DNA of 64,000 bases from Phormidesmis sp. (GTDB taxonomy: Bacteria; Cyanobacteriota; Cyanobacteriia; Leptolyngbyales; Leptolyngbyaceae). Within the stretch, counting starts at the first letter, position 1, and each line of letters begins with the position of its first letter. The DNA is taken from assembly GCA_965248535.1 (NCBI GenBank), contig CBDFJR010000002.1, forward strand, positions 672,001 through 736,000. Direction: 5' to 3'. The notes below the pieces were generated by a model, which saw nothing but the letters and a program-made list of their open reading frames with translations, had not been told where the DNA came from and ran no database searches. Shown piece after piece: positions 10,770 to 20,896 of this stretch. Both the position numbers and the translations under genes were made by a program.

Positions 10770-11802
10770 TCTCGACTAAGGCAGCTTGCTCAACCTCAGC
10801 CGCTGCCTGCATAGCATCTAGCTGTTGCCAGATTTGATTGAGGAGTGGCTCTAGCCCCGATCGCGTGACCGCAGAAATCTCGAAGACCGGGACTCCTGTC
10901 AATCTTCTGAGGTGAGCCACGATCGCCTCTAGATCTCGATCAGAATCTACCGCGTCAATCTTATTAAGAGCGATGATTTGAGGACGATCGGGCAAGCCAC
11001 GACCGTAGGCGTTTAGCTCTTGAGTGATGGTGTGATAGTCAGCGATCGGATCATCGGATGTAGCATCGACTAAGTGCAGCAGCAATCGAGTCCGTTCAAT
11101 GTGGCGCAAAAAGTCGTGTCCTAGCCCCAAACCCGTGTGTGCGCCCTCAATCAATCCTGGAATGTCTGCAAAGACGGTGCCGTCTCCGGTTGGCTTGCGA
11201 ACCACGCCTAGATTTGGAATCAGTGTGGTGAAGGGATAATCTGCAATCTTGGGACGCGCCGCCGACAGGGCCGAAATCAGCGTCGATTTTCCAGCATTGG
11301 GTAAGCCGATGATCCCGACTTCTGCCAGCAGCTTGAGTTCTAAGCGCAGAAAGCGACCTTCGCCTTCTTGACCCGGCAAGGCTCGTTCGGGAGCGCGGTT
11401 GTGATTGCTGAGAAAGCAGTGATTTCCGGCACCGCCCCGGCCGCCTTTAGCAACGCAAAATATCTGACCGTTTTCGGTGAGATCGCCCATCAGTTCCTCG
11501 GTGTGAGCATCGTAGATCATGGTGCCACACGGCACTTCGATGATCAGATCGTCGGCAGATGCGCCCGTCCGCTTGTTGTTTCCACCTTTTTGCCCGTTTT
11601 CTGCTTTATAGATCCGGTTATAGCGGAAGTCTAGCAGGGTTTGCAGGTCTTCACTCACCTGAAGAATCACAGACCCCCCTCTGCCGCCGTTTCCACCTGA
11701 CGGCCCACCTGCGGGGACATATTTCTCTCGTCGAAAGCCGATGATGCCATCGCCCCCATCCCCCGCCTGAACCTGAATTTCTGCCTGATCGATGAATTGC
11801 AT
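10762..11802 (-). CDS. obgE: GTPase ObgE/CgtA
   Basis: MQFIDQAEI start, Gly-rich OBG fold ([15 protein letters not shown]), [17 protein letters not shown] and NKID. Confidence 0.96.
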   Translation of the reverse strand: MQFIDQAEIQVQAGDGGDGIIGFRREKYVPAGGPSGGNGGRGGSVILQVSEDLQTLLDFRYNRIYKAENGQKGGNNKRTGASADDLIIEVPCGTMIYDAHTEELMGDLTENGQIFCVAKGGRGGAGNHCFLSNHNRAPERALPGQEGEGRFLRLELKLLAEVGIIGLPNAGKSTLISALSAARPKIADYPFTTLIPNLGVVRKPTGDGTVFADIPGLIEGAHTGLGLGHDFLRHIERTRLLLHLVDATSDDPIADYHTITQELNAYGRGLPDRPQIIALNKIDAVDSDRDLEAIVAHLRRLTGVPVFEISAVTRSGLEPLLNQIWQQLDAMQAAAEVEQAALVEIS

Positions 11803-12078
11803 GACCCTAAACTCTGAAGCCCTCTGTATTGATCTTAAGTGCCTAAGCTCATCTTGGGTTAGCTCAGAGAAACTTAGGGAATGACCATTATAAGGTGAAA
11901 CTCTGAATTGTTTTAGGTGGGAGGGGGTTGGCGATCGCAAGTCGGCGCACAAGGGTGCCCTGCAAACCGATGACTCGGTTCGATAGGGGGTTCTGTCTAT
12001 CGCCTCCACCAAACGCTACTATCCGAAAAGAATTGTCCGAAGTGTTTATCAAAGAGATGGGTCTAAAACCCCGTCTTT

Positions 12079-12480
12079 CTAAGAGGGCTTTTCTTGTTCT
12101 CTAATGTACTGCTTAAGAATCTCAATAGGTGCGCCTCCAACGGAGCTAACAAAGTAGCTAGGACTCCATAGAGCATCTTTACCATAGGGTTTAGGGTATC
12201 CAGCCTGACCATAGCGACGGCTTGACACTCCTTTAAGGACATTGACTATTTGCGAGATAGACAACTTTGGTGGGTATTCAATCAATGCGTGAACGTGATC
12301 CGTCTCACCCTTAATTTCTCTAATTGAAAAGTCCATTTTTCTAGCCACTTCCTTAAACGATGTCTCTATCACCGCTAGGCTCTCAGCACTCAGAATCTTG
12401 CATCGATATTTAGTAACACAGACCAAATGTATTTGCAAATCTGAAATACTATGTCTTTCTCTCCGAAATTGGGTTGCCAT
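12079..12480 (-). CDS. tnpA: IS200/IS605 HUH (Y1) transposase
   Basis: Motifs HLVCVTKYR, DHVH (HUH), WSPSYFVSSVGG and catalytic Tyr in KQYIREQ. Confidence 0.95.
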   Translation of the reverse strand: MATQFRRERHSISDLQIHLVCVTKYRCKILSAESLAVIETSFKEVARKMDFSIREIKGETDHVHALIEYPPKLSISQIVNVLKGVSSRRYGQAGYPKPYGKDALWSPSYFVSSVGGAPIEILKQYIREQEKPS

Positions 12481-12531
12481 TCGCTGTAGACCAACATATA
12501 ACTAAGTAACAGACCAATTTTAACACAGGCA

Positions 12532-13713
12532 ATGAAAGCTAGATATCAGTGCCGATTCTACCCGACAGACCAACAGCAACAGAGTTTAGCTCAGTTGTTT
12601 GGTTGTGTTCGCGTAGTTTGGAACGATGCACTAGCTCTCAGCAAAAAAGACAAATACCCTGGATTCAACAAGCTTTCAGCAATCCTCACTCAGTCCAAAA
12701 AGACTGTAGAAAGAGAATGGCTGAAAGGGGTTTCTTCTGTGCCGTTGCAGCAATCCCTTAAAAACTTAGATACAGCTTACAAAAACTATTTTGATTCCCT
12801 AAAAGGGAAGAGAAAAGGTAAAAAGTTAAGCTCTCCTAAGTTTAAGAAGAGAACCAATTCTCAGTCTGCAACGTTTGTCAAATCAGGTTTTTCAATCACA
12901 GATGAATCTGTCTATCTGGCTAAGATTGGCAACTTAACGCCTATATGGTCTAGAGAATTGCCGTCTGAACCTAGTTCAGTAACAGTGATTAAAGATTGTG
13001 CAGACCGCTATTTTCTCAGCTTTGTGGTAGACGTTGAACCCGTTCAAATCGATGCTGAAAACCAAAGTATCGGAATTGATTTAGGGATCAAAACGTTTGC
13101 GGTCATGAGCAATGGTGAAAAGGCTTTCAGTCCTGACTATTCAGCATTAGATCGCAGAGTTCGCAAACTTCAGAAGAAACTAGCACGTCAGCAAAAAGGT
13201 TCAAATCGCAGAAACGGAACTCGGATACAGATTGCCAGGCTGCATAACCAGATTACAGACAATCGAAAAGACTTCCTTCACAAACTATCAACTAAAATCG
13301 TTAACGAGAATCAAGCTATTGTTTTAGAAGATCTAAATGTGTCTGGCATGGTTAAAAATCGCAAGCTTGCTAGATCAATCAGCTTGCAAGGTTGGAGAGA
13401 GTTTAGAACTCTCTGTGAGGCTAAGTCTAAGAAGTTTGGTAGGACGTTCACGGTGATCAGCCGATGGGAGCCGACTAGCCAAATCTGCTCAGATTGTGGT
13501 TTCAAATGGGGCAAGCTCGATCTAAAAGTTCGGTCGGTCAAATGCCTAAACTGTGGCACTGAACACGACCGAGATGAGAACGCTGCGAAGAATATAAACA
13601 AAGTCGGGATGGGGAATCGCCACGACTCTAAACGGACGCTGAGGGATTGTAAGACTGCTTCGGTAGCGAACCCCAATGAAGCGTCAAGAATCACTGCGGC
13701 TTTAGCCCGGTGA
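12532..13713 (+). CDS. tnpB: RNA-guided endonuclease TnpB
   Basis: N-terminal HTH (FYPTDQQ...FGCVRVVWN), RuvC-I GIDLG, RuvC-II LEDL, zinc finger CSDC/CLNC and RuvC-III DRDENAAKNI. Confidence 0.95.
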   Translation: MKARYQCRFYPTDQQQQSLAQLFGCVRVVWNDALALSKKDKYPGFNKLSAILTQSKKTVEREWLKGVSSVPLQQSLKNLDTAYKNYFDSLKGKRKGKKLSSPKFKKRTNSQSATFVKSGFSITDESVYLAKIGNLTPIWSRELPSEPSSVTVIKDCADRYFLSFVVDVEPVQIDAENQSIGIDLGIKTFAVMSNGEKAFSPDYSALDRRVRKLQKKLARQQKGSNRRNGTRIQIARLHNQITDNRKDFLHKLSTKIVNENQAIVLEDLNVSGMVKNRKLARSISLQGWREFRTLCEAKSKKFGRTFTVISRWEPTSQICSDCGFKWGKLDLKVRSVKCLNCGTEHDRDENAAKNINKVGMGNRHDSKRTLRDCKTASVANPNEASRITAALAR

Positions 13714-13724
13714 GTATTTCAAGG

Positions 13725-15062
13725 TTAAACCTCTATTTTGAGACGAGCAGGCTGACTCGTCACTTCAAACATTTCCCCGTGAGGCACGATCGTGATCTGT
13801 CCAAATTCTTTGAGCAAGTCGCGATAGGCCTGAGCCACCGGGCGCGGATTGCGATCTAAATCGTATAGACCACAGGGATTGACGGTGCCTTTTTTCTCAG
13901 CCAGTTCGATATCCCAATCGATTTGATCAATCAGGCTATACCAGGTGAACCCCAATACAGGAATGCCATCTTGTCGCATTCGCAGCACATTGATCCACTG
14001 CTTCCACAGCCAGCAGGGGGCTTTTTCAGCGTCTAGCACATTGGTCTCTGTGTGCATGACGGGTTTGCGATAGCGATCGTAATACTCTCTCGTGATCTGA
14101 TACCAGCCCAAGACATCTTCACCCTGACATAGGCTGCCATCGGGCAAGAGAATTTTCTCGTTGCGGCCATAATAATCGTTGCCCATCACCTGATAGCCCG
14201 GCGGCTCACCCACCATAAACCAATCATATTCAGCGCGAGTCAAACCATTGTCGAGCAGATACATACACACATCTGCGTCGGGCGGAAACGCATAGAGCAG
14301 ATCCAACGACAGAAAGCGTAGTTTGTTGAGTAACGTCACTTCTGGAGATTGCGCCGAGCAGGCCTCATGGACATATTCAGCGCTTTCACTTTGCACCACG
14401 ACCAGATCAGGACGGCGCTGGGCTAGGCTTTGAGTGCCCAAAATGCTGGCCGCAACAATGTGCTTCATCGCTGTGACAAACCCCCGATCGCTCTTGAGTT
14501 GCTCGTTCCACACGCCATCTTTGGCGCTGGCTCTGGCCGTCACATAAATCTCATTCACGGGGGTATAGTAGCGCACCCAGGGATAGCGATCGGCAACAGC
14601 AGCGCAATAGTCTGCAAAGTGAATGGGCAGTTCGGGGTTTTGAAAATTGCCCAACCAATCAGGAACGCCAAAGTGCATCAAGTCGAGAATGGGCGTGATC
14701 TCTAGTCGCTGCATTTCTCGCATGACTTCATCGGCAAAGCTCCAGTCATAGCGACCTGCGTCGAGGTGAATGCGATGATAAGGTAAGCCATATCGCAAGA
14801 CGTTTAAGCCTAGATCTTTAACCAGTTGTAAATCTTTTTGCCAGTATTGATAGTGATGACACTCTTCCAATTCATCGCGGCGAGTTTTTCCGTGATTGAT
14901 TGTGGGATAGGAGCATTCTATTCCCGTTGCAAACATAAAGTTTCCGGCGCGGGTGCTGGGTTGCCCTTGTCCGGTTGATCCGGCTGCGCCGCCGTTATTA
15001 TCACCGGGATATTGATGATCGCCATAGCGTTTCTGAATCTGATCTAAAAATCCTGCTGTCAC
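13725..15062 (-). CDS. Family 1 glycoside hydrolase-like protein
   Basis: Motifs FMFATGIE, LMHFGVPDW, TPVNE (acid/base), HTETN (nucleophile) and GFTWYSLIDQIDW. Confidence 0.85.
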   Translation of the reverse strand: MTAGFLDQIQKRYGDHQYPGDNNGGAAGSTGQGQPSTRAGNFMFATGIECSYPTINHGKTRRDELEECHHYQYWQKDLQLVKDLGLNVLRYGLPYHRIHLDAGRYDWSFADEVMREMQRLEITPILDLMHFGVPDWLGNFQNPELPIHFADYCAAVADRYPWVRYYTPVNEIYVTARASAKDGVWNEQLKSDRGFVTAMKHIVAASILGTQSLAQRRPDLVVVQSESAEYVHEACSAQSPEVTLLNKLRFLSLDLLYAFPPDADVCMYLLDNGLTRAEYDWFMVGEPPGYQVMGNDYYGRNEKILLPDGSLCQGEDVLGWYQITREYYDRYRKPVMHTETNVLDAEKAPCWLWKQWINVLRMRQDGIPVLGFTWYSLIDQIDWDIELAEKKGTVNPCGLYDLDRNPRPVAQAYRDLLKEFGQITIVPHGEMFEVTSQPARLKIEV

Positions 15063-15074
15063 TTAAATTAGTCC

Positions 15075-17279
15075 TTATCGGTTGTGTTGAAGAAAGCGAT
15101 CGGCAACCCGCAGCGAGAGGGCCATTAGCGTCAAAGCAGGGTTTACACTCAGCGCACTGGGAAAGATGGAGTTGTCCATAATATAGAGATTGGGCACATC
15201 GAAGGATTTGCCGTCAGCATCTACAACGGACTGAGTCGGATCGGTGCCCATGCGACACGTCCCGATCGTGTGAGCGCTGCGCTGAAAGGCCCAGAGATTT
15301 TGCCCGCCTGCCGTCTCCCAAATTTGCCGCATCAGCGACTCTGCGTGGGTGATCATGCGGTGCTCGTTTTCGCCGTTAGTGAAATGAATGCGAGGTTTTG
15401 GCAGGCCCCGATCGTCCCGTTCGTCAGACAGTTCTAAATAGTTGTGCTCATAGGGAAGACAGTCTCCCAAAATATTAATCCCGGCGGTGTGATTGTAGTT
15501 GAGCAAGTGAGAATGCAGGCGATCGCCCCACCAGCCTGTTCCTCTCGCGACCTGGGAGGCATAGGTGACGGGCATCACACCAATGCTTTGCAGCAAGTAG
15601 CCGCCCGCAAAGTCTGCGTCTTTAGGGCGGTGAGTGTCTTCTGAAATCAGCCCACCGGGGATGCCTTTATAAGGTCTAACGTCTTCAGGAAATTGCCCCC
15701 ACACCTGCACACCAGGATGGGCCATAAAGTTGCGTCCGACCTGACCGCTAGAGTTGGCGAGGTTGTTTAGCAACAGCAGTCGGGGAGTCTCGATCGCGCC
15801 TGCACACAAAAACACGGTTCGGCAAGGTTGGCGCTTTTCTTCGCCTGCCTGCACATAAATTACGGCGGTGATGCGATCGTCAGCATCTCGCTCAAACCGT
15901 GTCACAAAGCACTGCGATCGCACCTCTGCCCCGTGCTGCATCGCCAGCGGAATGAAGGTGACATCCATGCTGGCTTTTGCGCCTGTGGTGCAGCCTGCCT
16001 GACAAAAACCGCGATTGGTGCAGGCGGCTCTCCAACCTACACCGGGCTGAAAATAAGGCGCAGAGAGCGCAGCATTGGCGGCAGCAGAAGTCCGAATTCC
16101 CAGACCTTCACAGCCTCGCTGCATCAGTTGGGCAGCTCCATTGAGCGGCAGCGCCGGGAGGGGATAGGGCAAACGATCGGGTTCCCATTCATAAGGAGAG
16201 GCCCCAGAGACTCCTAGAAAGCTCTCGACTTCTTCATAGTAGGGTTTTAGATCTTCATAGCCGATGGCCCAGTCTACCCCCACTCCAAAGTCTCGATAGA
16301 GATGAAAGTCATCCGGGTGAGGTCGGGGCACATAGGCAGTGTAGTGCAGGGTAGAGCCACCTACACCGATGCCAGAATTGTTGTTGCCAAAGGCGATCGG
16401 GTCACCTCCAGCGCTAAGTCGCTCATCTCGCCAGAAAAGCTGGGACTGCGATCGCTCATCGGTAGCAAAATCCTCTGCCGGGTTCCAGTGCTTACCCGCT
16501 TCTAGGGCGACGACGCTGAGTCCGGCTTGGGCCAGCCGTGCGAGCAAAGGGGCCCCACCTGCGCCTGTGCCAATGACAACAGCATCGACCACATCACTGG
16601 TTCCATAGCGTTGTAACGAGTTTATTTCCTGAACTATAAATTGCGTTGGCACTCGCGTTGGTGATTCTGTCAGCGATGAGTGAATTACTTTTCCGCTCTG
16701 TGGTTCCCAAGATTCCAGTTGGTTGAGTTCGATCGCTTGCCAACCCGTTGCATCGGCCATTCCTACATAGCCAATTTCCTCTTGCGCTAGGGGATGGCTA
16801 TAGTAAGTTTCGGTGAGTTCAGTCAACAGTTCTTCAAAGTAGCGATCGCAGGGCATGGTTTCCCAAGTCTTTCCGGGTGCTTTACCTTGCTGAACTGCGA
16901 TTAGTACTCGGTCTTGTTCTGACGTAGACAGAGCCGCAAACCCTTGACCAAAGAGAATCCTAGCGCTTTCTTCTACTCCAATCAATCCCGTCTGATGGGC
17001 GATTGGGTCAGGGGGCATCGTGTTATAACGCCAGCCATCTCCGGTGCCCTTGGTCAATCGTTGATCGAGGGCACCTGCCAAGTCGATTCCGTGAGACTGA
17101 GCAATTAAGCGGTCGGCTACTGCCTGCAAAGTTGCAAGCGATTCCTCGCTAAAAAAACTGGGTTCTGAGACTGGTTTTTCAGCTAGCCTTGCGTTGAGCA
17201 CCTCCTTGGTTTTGGACGTGATTTGCGATGTCTCTAGAAGCGATCGCACGGTGCCAGATGGATAAGGACTTTGTTCCAT
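15075..17279 (-). CDS. GMC-family FAD oxidoreductase fused to an N-terminal gluconate-2-dehydrogenase subunit-3-like domain
   Basis: N-terminus has LQAVADRLI...YYSHPLAQEEIGYVG. Then IGTGAGG Rossmann motif, GGSTLHY, CxxxxxCxxGC, HTIGTCRMG and NPALT. Confidence 0.88.
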   Translation of the reverse strand: MEQSPYPSGTVRSLLETSQITSKTKEVLNARLAEKPVSEPSFFSEESLATLQAVADRLIAQSHGIDLAGALDQRLTKGTGDGWRYNTMPPDPIAHQTGLIGVEESARILFGQGFAALSTSEQDRVLIAVQQGKAPGKTWETMPCDRYFEELLTELTETYYSHPLAQEEIGYVGMADATGWQAIELNQLESWEPQSGKVIHSSLTESPTRVPTQFIVQEINSLQRYGTSDVVDAVVIGTGAGGAPLLARLAQAGLSVVALEAGKHWNPAEDFATDERSQSQLFWRDERLSAGGDPIAFGNNNSGIGVGGSTLHYTAYVPRPHPDDFHLYRDFGVGVDWAIGYEDLKPYYEEVESFLGVSGASPYEWEPDRLPYPLPALPLNGAAQLMQRGCEGLGIRTSAAANAALSAPYFQPGVGWRAACTNRGFCQAGCTTGAKASMDVTFIPLAMQHGAEVRSQCFVTRFERDADDRITAVIYVQAGEEKRQPCRTVFLCAGAIETPRLLLLNNLANSSGQVGRNFMAHPGVQVWGQFPEDVRPYKGIPGGLISEDTHRPKDADFAGGYLLQSIGVMPVTYASQVARGTGWWGDRLHSHLLNYNHTAGINILGDCLPYEHNYLELSDERDDRGLPKPRIHFTNGENEHRMITHAESLMRQIWETAGGQNLWAFQRSAHTIGTCRMGTDPTQSVVDADGKSFDVPNLYIMDNSIFPSALSVNPALTLMALSLRVADRFLQHNR

Positions 17280-17337
17280 AATTAAGGTCTGCTAAAGAAC
17301 TAAGCCCCAAGTTAGGTGAACGCCAGAAAAGAGCCGA

Positions 17338-18210
17338 TCAACCGCTCGACAGTTTGCCCCCGGTCACTTCGACAATGCTGCCCGTCATGAAGCTTGAGTC
17401 TTGCGACGCGAGAAAAACATAAGCGGGCGCAAGTTCTTCGGGCTGACCAGGGCGACCCATGGCAACCTCGTGCCCAAAGTTTTCGACTTCCTCGATCGGC
17501 ATCGTCCCTGGAATATTCGGAGTCCAAACCGGGCCGGGAGCGACTGCATTAACGCGAATTTTACGCGGGCCTAAATTCAGCGCTAATGCTTTTGTGAACG
17601 CATGAATAGCCCCTTTGCTAGCACAATAATCAATCAGCATTTCATTGCCGACTAACCCAACAATGCTGCCTGTGTTAATGATGGCATCGGCTTCTTTAAG
17701 ATGGGGCAACGCGGCTTTTGCCATGTAGAAATAGCCAAAAATATTGGTTTCGAGGGTGCGGCGAAACTGCTCTTCGCTGAGGTCTTCAAACTGCTTTTGC
17801 GCCATCTGATAAGCCGCATTGTTGACCAAAATATTCAGTCCACCCAATTCAGTCACTACTCGATCGACGGCGTGACGGCAGTCTTCGGACTGACGCACAT
17901 CGCCCTTGATCGCCAGACAGCGTTGCCCTTTTGATTGCACCATTTCACAAGTTGTTGCCGCGTCCTCTTCGTTCTCGTTATAAAAAATAGCTAAGTCGGC
18001 TCCCTCCATCGCAAACGCGATCGCTACCGCTCGGCCAATTCCAGAGTCTCCCCCTGTCACGAGAGCAACTTTGCCCCGGAGTTTTCCGGCGGGCAGATAG
18101 TTAGACAAATCGCTGTCGGGCGCAGGCAGCATATCTTTTTGACTAGCAGGGTAAGGCAGCTTCTGCCCCGCAATCTGCTCAGAGGTTGGACGAAACTCTT
18201 GACTTTTCAT
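17338..18210 (-). CDS. SDR family oxidoreductase (YhdF/YghA general-stress type)
   Basis: Motifs TGGDSGIG, NNAA, YCASK (YxxxK), PGPVWTP and GQPEELAPAYVFLAS. Confidence 0.92.
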   Translation of the reverse strand: MKSQEFRPTSEQIAGQKLPYPASQKDMLPAPDSDLSNYLPAGKLRGKVALVTGGDSGIGRAVAIAFAMEGADLAIFYNENEEDAATTCEMVQSKGQRCLAIKGDVRQSEDCRHAVDRVVTELGGLNILVNNAAYQMAQKQFEDLSEEQFRRTLETNIFGYFYMAKAALPHLKEADAIINTGSIVGLVGNEMLIDYCASKGAIHAFTKALALNLGPRKIRVNAVAPGPVWTPNIPGTMPIEEVENFGHEVAMGRPGQPEELAPAYVFLASQDSSFMTGSIVEVTGGKLSSG

Positions 18211-18565
18211 AGGTTTAATTTATTTGAGCGTTAGTGCTATCTCAGACTGATGTTGTTCCGGTTAAGTTTTTCTCAATAAAGTCGTTAGTCAAATGAACTA
18301 AATCATTTCTTAAAGCGCTGTCTATGCTCTGAACTTAGTGTATTTCTACTCTCCATAATGGTTTCTGCAACCGTTGTAGGTAGCGTACATAAAACCTTCA
18401 TTAAGTGAATCTCTCTGGCGTAAGCGCAGTGTGCAGCGACTTGCTAATCGCTGTAGTCTATCTAAGATTAGGCTGAGTGAAGTAATGTGAACTCTATCGA
18501 TCGGAGGACTTTGCCTGTAGAGAATGACCCCGATCGGGTTGAAGTTCAGTCAGAAAATTTCCATT

Positions 18566-18597
18566 AAAAAAGCCCTCAACCCATTGGCTGAGGACTT
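18566..18597 (-). terminator. Rho-independent terminator after tRNA-fMet
   Basis: Minus strand AAGTCCTCAGCC-AATG-GGTTGAGGGCTT followed by a T run. Confidence 0.75.
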
Positions 18598-18604
18598 ATC
18601 GATT

Positions 18605-18681
<77 letters not shown>

Positions 18682-18701
18682 TCGCTTTGTTCGACTCATC
18701 T

Positions 18702-18731
18702 AATATAGCGCTAAGTTATCAGTTTTGACAA
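18702..18731 (-). promoter_or_regulatory. Putative sigma70 promoter of tRNA-fMet
   Basis: TTGTCA-N18-TATATT on the minus strand, about 20 nt upstream of the tRNA. Confidence 0.5.
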
Positions 18732-18852
18732 GCTGTTTTCAAAATCAAGCTAAATTCAACCAGGTAGAGCCACAAAACAGCCTGACAGCACGCAAAAAAC
18801 GGCGTAACGTGGATAGATAACCGCTCGATCGTTCTTTCACCCCTCACCTCGC

Positions 18853-19578
18853 ATGGACATCTTGATCGTTGAAGATGAAGCCGAAATCGCTCAACTGATT
18901 CAGCTTTATTTAGAAAAAGAAGGCTTCTCTTGCCGCACCTGTCGCGACGGATTGACCGCCCTGCAACTCTTTCAAGATCAAAAGCCCGATCTGATCATCT
19001 TAGATTTGATGATTCCTAAACTAGATGGGCTAGAAGTCTGTGCCCGCATTCGTCAAAAACCGGGTTCTAAAGACCCCTATATTTTGATGCTGACGGCTAA
19101 AGGTGAAGAACTCGATCGCATCATTGGGCTATCGACCGGGGCCGATGACTATATGGTCAAACCCTTTAGCCCTAAAGAGTTGGTCGCCCGCGTCAGAGCA
19201 CTGCTGAGACGAACGCTGCGCCAAGGAGGACAGAGCCAAATTTATCGGACTCATAGTTTCTCGATCGACCTCGATCAGCGATCGGCGACACGCCACCTCA
19301 GCCCCGACCAGTCAGAGCCGCTCGACTTGACGACTCTGGAGTTTGACCTGCTCTCAACCTTTATGAGCTACCCCGGCCGCGTCTGGAACCGAACGCAGCT
19401 AATTGATAAACTCTGGGGCGACAACTTCTTTGGCGATGAGCGGGTTGTCGATACTCACATTGCTCGGCTCCGCAAAAAAGTCGAACTTGACCCGGCTAGC
19501 CCGACTTTTGTGAAAACGGTGATCGGCGTGGGCTACAAATTTGAAGACGTGACGGAACCCTTCTCTGCAACCAAATAA
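18853..19578 (+). CDS. OmpR-family response regulator
   Basis: Receiver motifs VEDE, LDLMIP and KPF; C-terminal wHTH with VDTHIARLRKK and GVGYKF. Confidence 0.93.
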   Translation: MDILIVEDEAEIAQLIQLYLEKEGFSCRTCRDGLTALQLFQDQKPDLIILDLMIPKLDGLEVCARIRQKPGSKDPYILMLTAKGEELDRIIGLSTGADDYMVKPFSPKELVARVRALLRRTLRQGGQSQIYRTHSFSIDLDQRSATRHLSPDQSEPLDLTTLEFDLLSTFMSYPGRVWNRTQLIDKLWGDNFFGDERVVDTHIARLRKKVELDPASPTFVKTVIGVGYKFEDVTEPFSATK

Positions 19579-19581
19579 CTT

Positions 19582-20673
19582 ATGACTAAACTCGGTTTGC
19601 GGGCCCGGCTCTTTTTGTCTCACACGATCGTGATGGTGGTCGGCTTGAGCACCCTGTTGACCGTCGGCAAACTCTATTCGCCGCGCCTGTTTATCACCCA
19701 CATCGAAAAAATTCAGATGGGGGGAATCAACGTTCAATATGTGCGCCGTCAGTTACTCGAAGGGTTTGAGTCAGCCTGGAGTCGGGGCGCATTTTGGTCA
19801 GTGGTGGTGGGGGGCAGCACCGCCGGGGCGCTGAGTTATCTGGTGTCTCAACGCATCGTGCAGCCGTTGATTCAGCTAGAGCGGATCACGCGCAAATTTG
19901 CATCGGGGCATTTAGAAGAGCGCGTTCCGGCCAATGAGATTCCTGAGTTAGATCGGTTGGCTGAGAGCTTTAACCACATGGCAAAAGAGCTAGAGGGCGT
20001 TGAGCAGCGTCGTCGCGATTTGGTTAGTGATTTAAGCCACGAGTTGAGAACGCCGCTGACGGTTGTGGAGGGCTATCTTGAAGGGCTAGCAGATGGCACG
20101 ATCGAGGCTTCTTCTGACATCTATCAACGGCTGGCTAGAGAAACGACCCGACTGCGCCGCCTCGTCAACGATCTGCAAGAGCTTTCTCAGGCAGAGGCGG
20201 GCTATCTGCCGATTAACGCCAAACCGCTCAATATTGGCCCGCTTTTAGCCGCTTTGGTGCAGCGGTTTTCTGACCAACTGCTAGAAGGCACGACCACGCT
20301 GCGGCTTGAGTGCCCGGCTGAGTTGCCTGCTGCGATCGCTGACCCCGAACGGGTCGAGCAAATTTTGGTCAATCTGATCGGCAATGCCCTGCGCTACACG
20401 CCTGAAGGCAGGGTGACCCTGCAAGCCTGGCAAACCTCAGACCAGATTTGGATCGCCGTTCAAGACACCGGGCAGGGCATCTCTTCAGAAGATTTGCCCC
20501 ATGTGTTTGAGCGATTTTGGCGGTCAGACCGATCGCGCGATCGTCACTCTGGGGGCACGGGCATCGGGTTAGCCATTTCTCGCCGCTTAGTCGAGCTACA
20601 AAAGGGGGTGATTGTGGCTGAAAGCGAGTTAGGTAAAGGGAGCGTGTTCCGATTTTCACTCCCGATCGCCTAG
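19582..20673 (+). CDS. HAMP-domain sensor histidine kinase (BaeS-like)
   Basis: Two TM segments, HAMP, H-box SHELRTPL, N-box NLIGNA, DTGQG and GGTGIGL. Confidence 0.93.
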   Translation: MTKLGLRARLFLSHTIVMVVGLSTLLTVGKLYSPRLFITHIEKIQMGGINVQYVRRQLLEGFESAWSRGAFWSVVVGGSTAGALSYLVSQRIVQPLIQLERITRKFASGHLEERVPANEIPELDRLAESFNHMAKELEGVEQRRRDLVSDLSHELRTPLTVVEGYLEGLADGTIEASSDIYQRLARETTRLRRLVNDLQELSQAEAGYLPINAKPLNIGPLLAALVQRFSDQLLEGTTTLRLECPAELPAAIADPERVEQILVNLIGNALRYTPEGRVTLQAWQTSDQIWIAVQDTGQGISSEDLPHVFERFWRSDRSRDRHSGGTGIGLAISRRLVELQKGVIVAESELGKGSVFRFSLPIA

Positions 20674-20734
20674 CGATTCACGACTTCGTGATAAGTCAGT
20701 CACAGGGGTGTCAAACCCAGTCTTTAGAGTAGAG

Positions 20735-20881
20735 ATGAACGTTGTCACGCCTACTATGGTTCCCTTTCCCCTAATGGCGCTTATTATTAGCTGCGTCGTG
20801 TTAATCGCGTTAGTGACTCTCCGTTTTTTGTTTCCTGCTAGCAAGCCTCGTTATCAAAGACGCATTAAACCCAGGAGTTGA
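20735..20881 (+). CDS. Putative 48-aa single-pass membrane protein (below the ORF-track cutoff)
   Basis: MNVVTPTMVPFPLMALIISCVVLIALVTLRFLFPASKPRYQRRIKPRS: hydrophobic helix plus basic tail. Ends 15 nt before the hydrolase start. Confidence 0.5.
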   Translation: MNVVTPTMVPFPLMALIISCVVLIALVTLRFLFPASKPRYQRRIKPRS

Positions 20882-20896
20882 GAGATTGATGTCCCC

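Larger units (their letters stand above)
12050..13722 (+). mobile_element. IS200/IS605-family insertion sequence 1 (divergent tnpA/tnpB)
   Basis: Left end TTTAT|CAAAGAGATGGGTCT-AAAA-CCCCGTCTTTCTAAGAGGG hairpin. Right end GAAT-CACTGCGGCTTTAGCCCGGTGA...TCAA (13719-13722). AT-richer than flanks, no HIP1 seen. Confidence 0.88.

Noticed and set aside
11975..12012. GGTTCGA...CTCCACCA resembling a tRNA/tmRNA 3' end
   Set aside because: Spacing does not form a T-arm and acceptor stem, and no matching 5' half was found.
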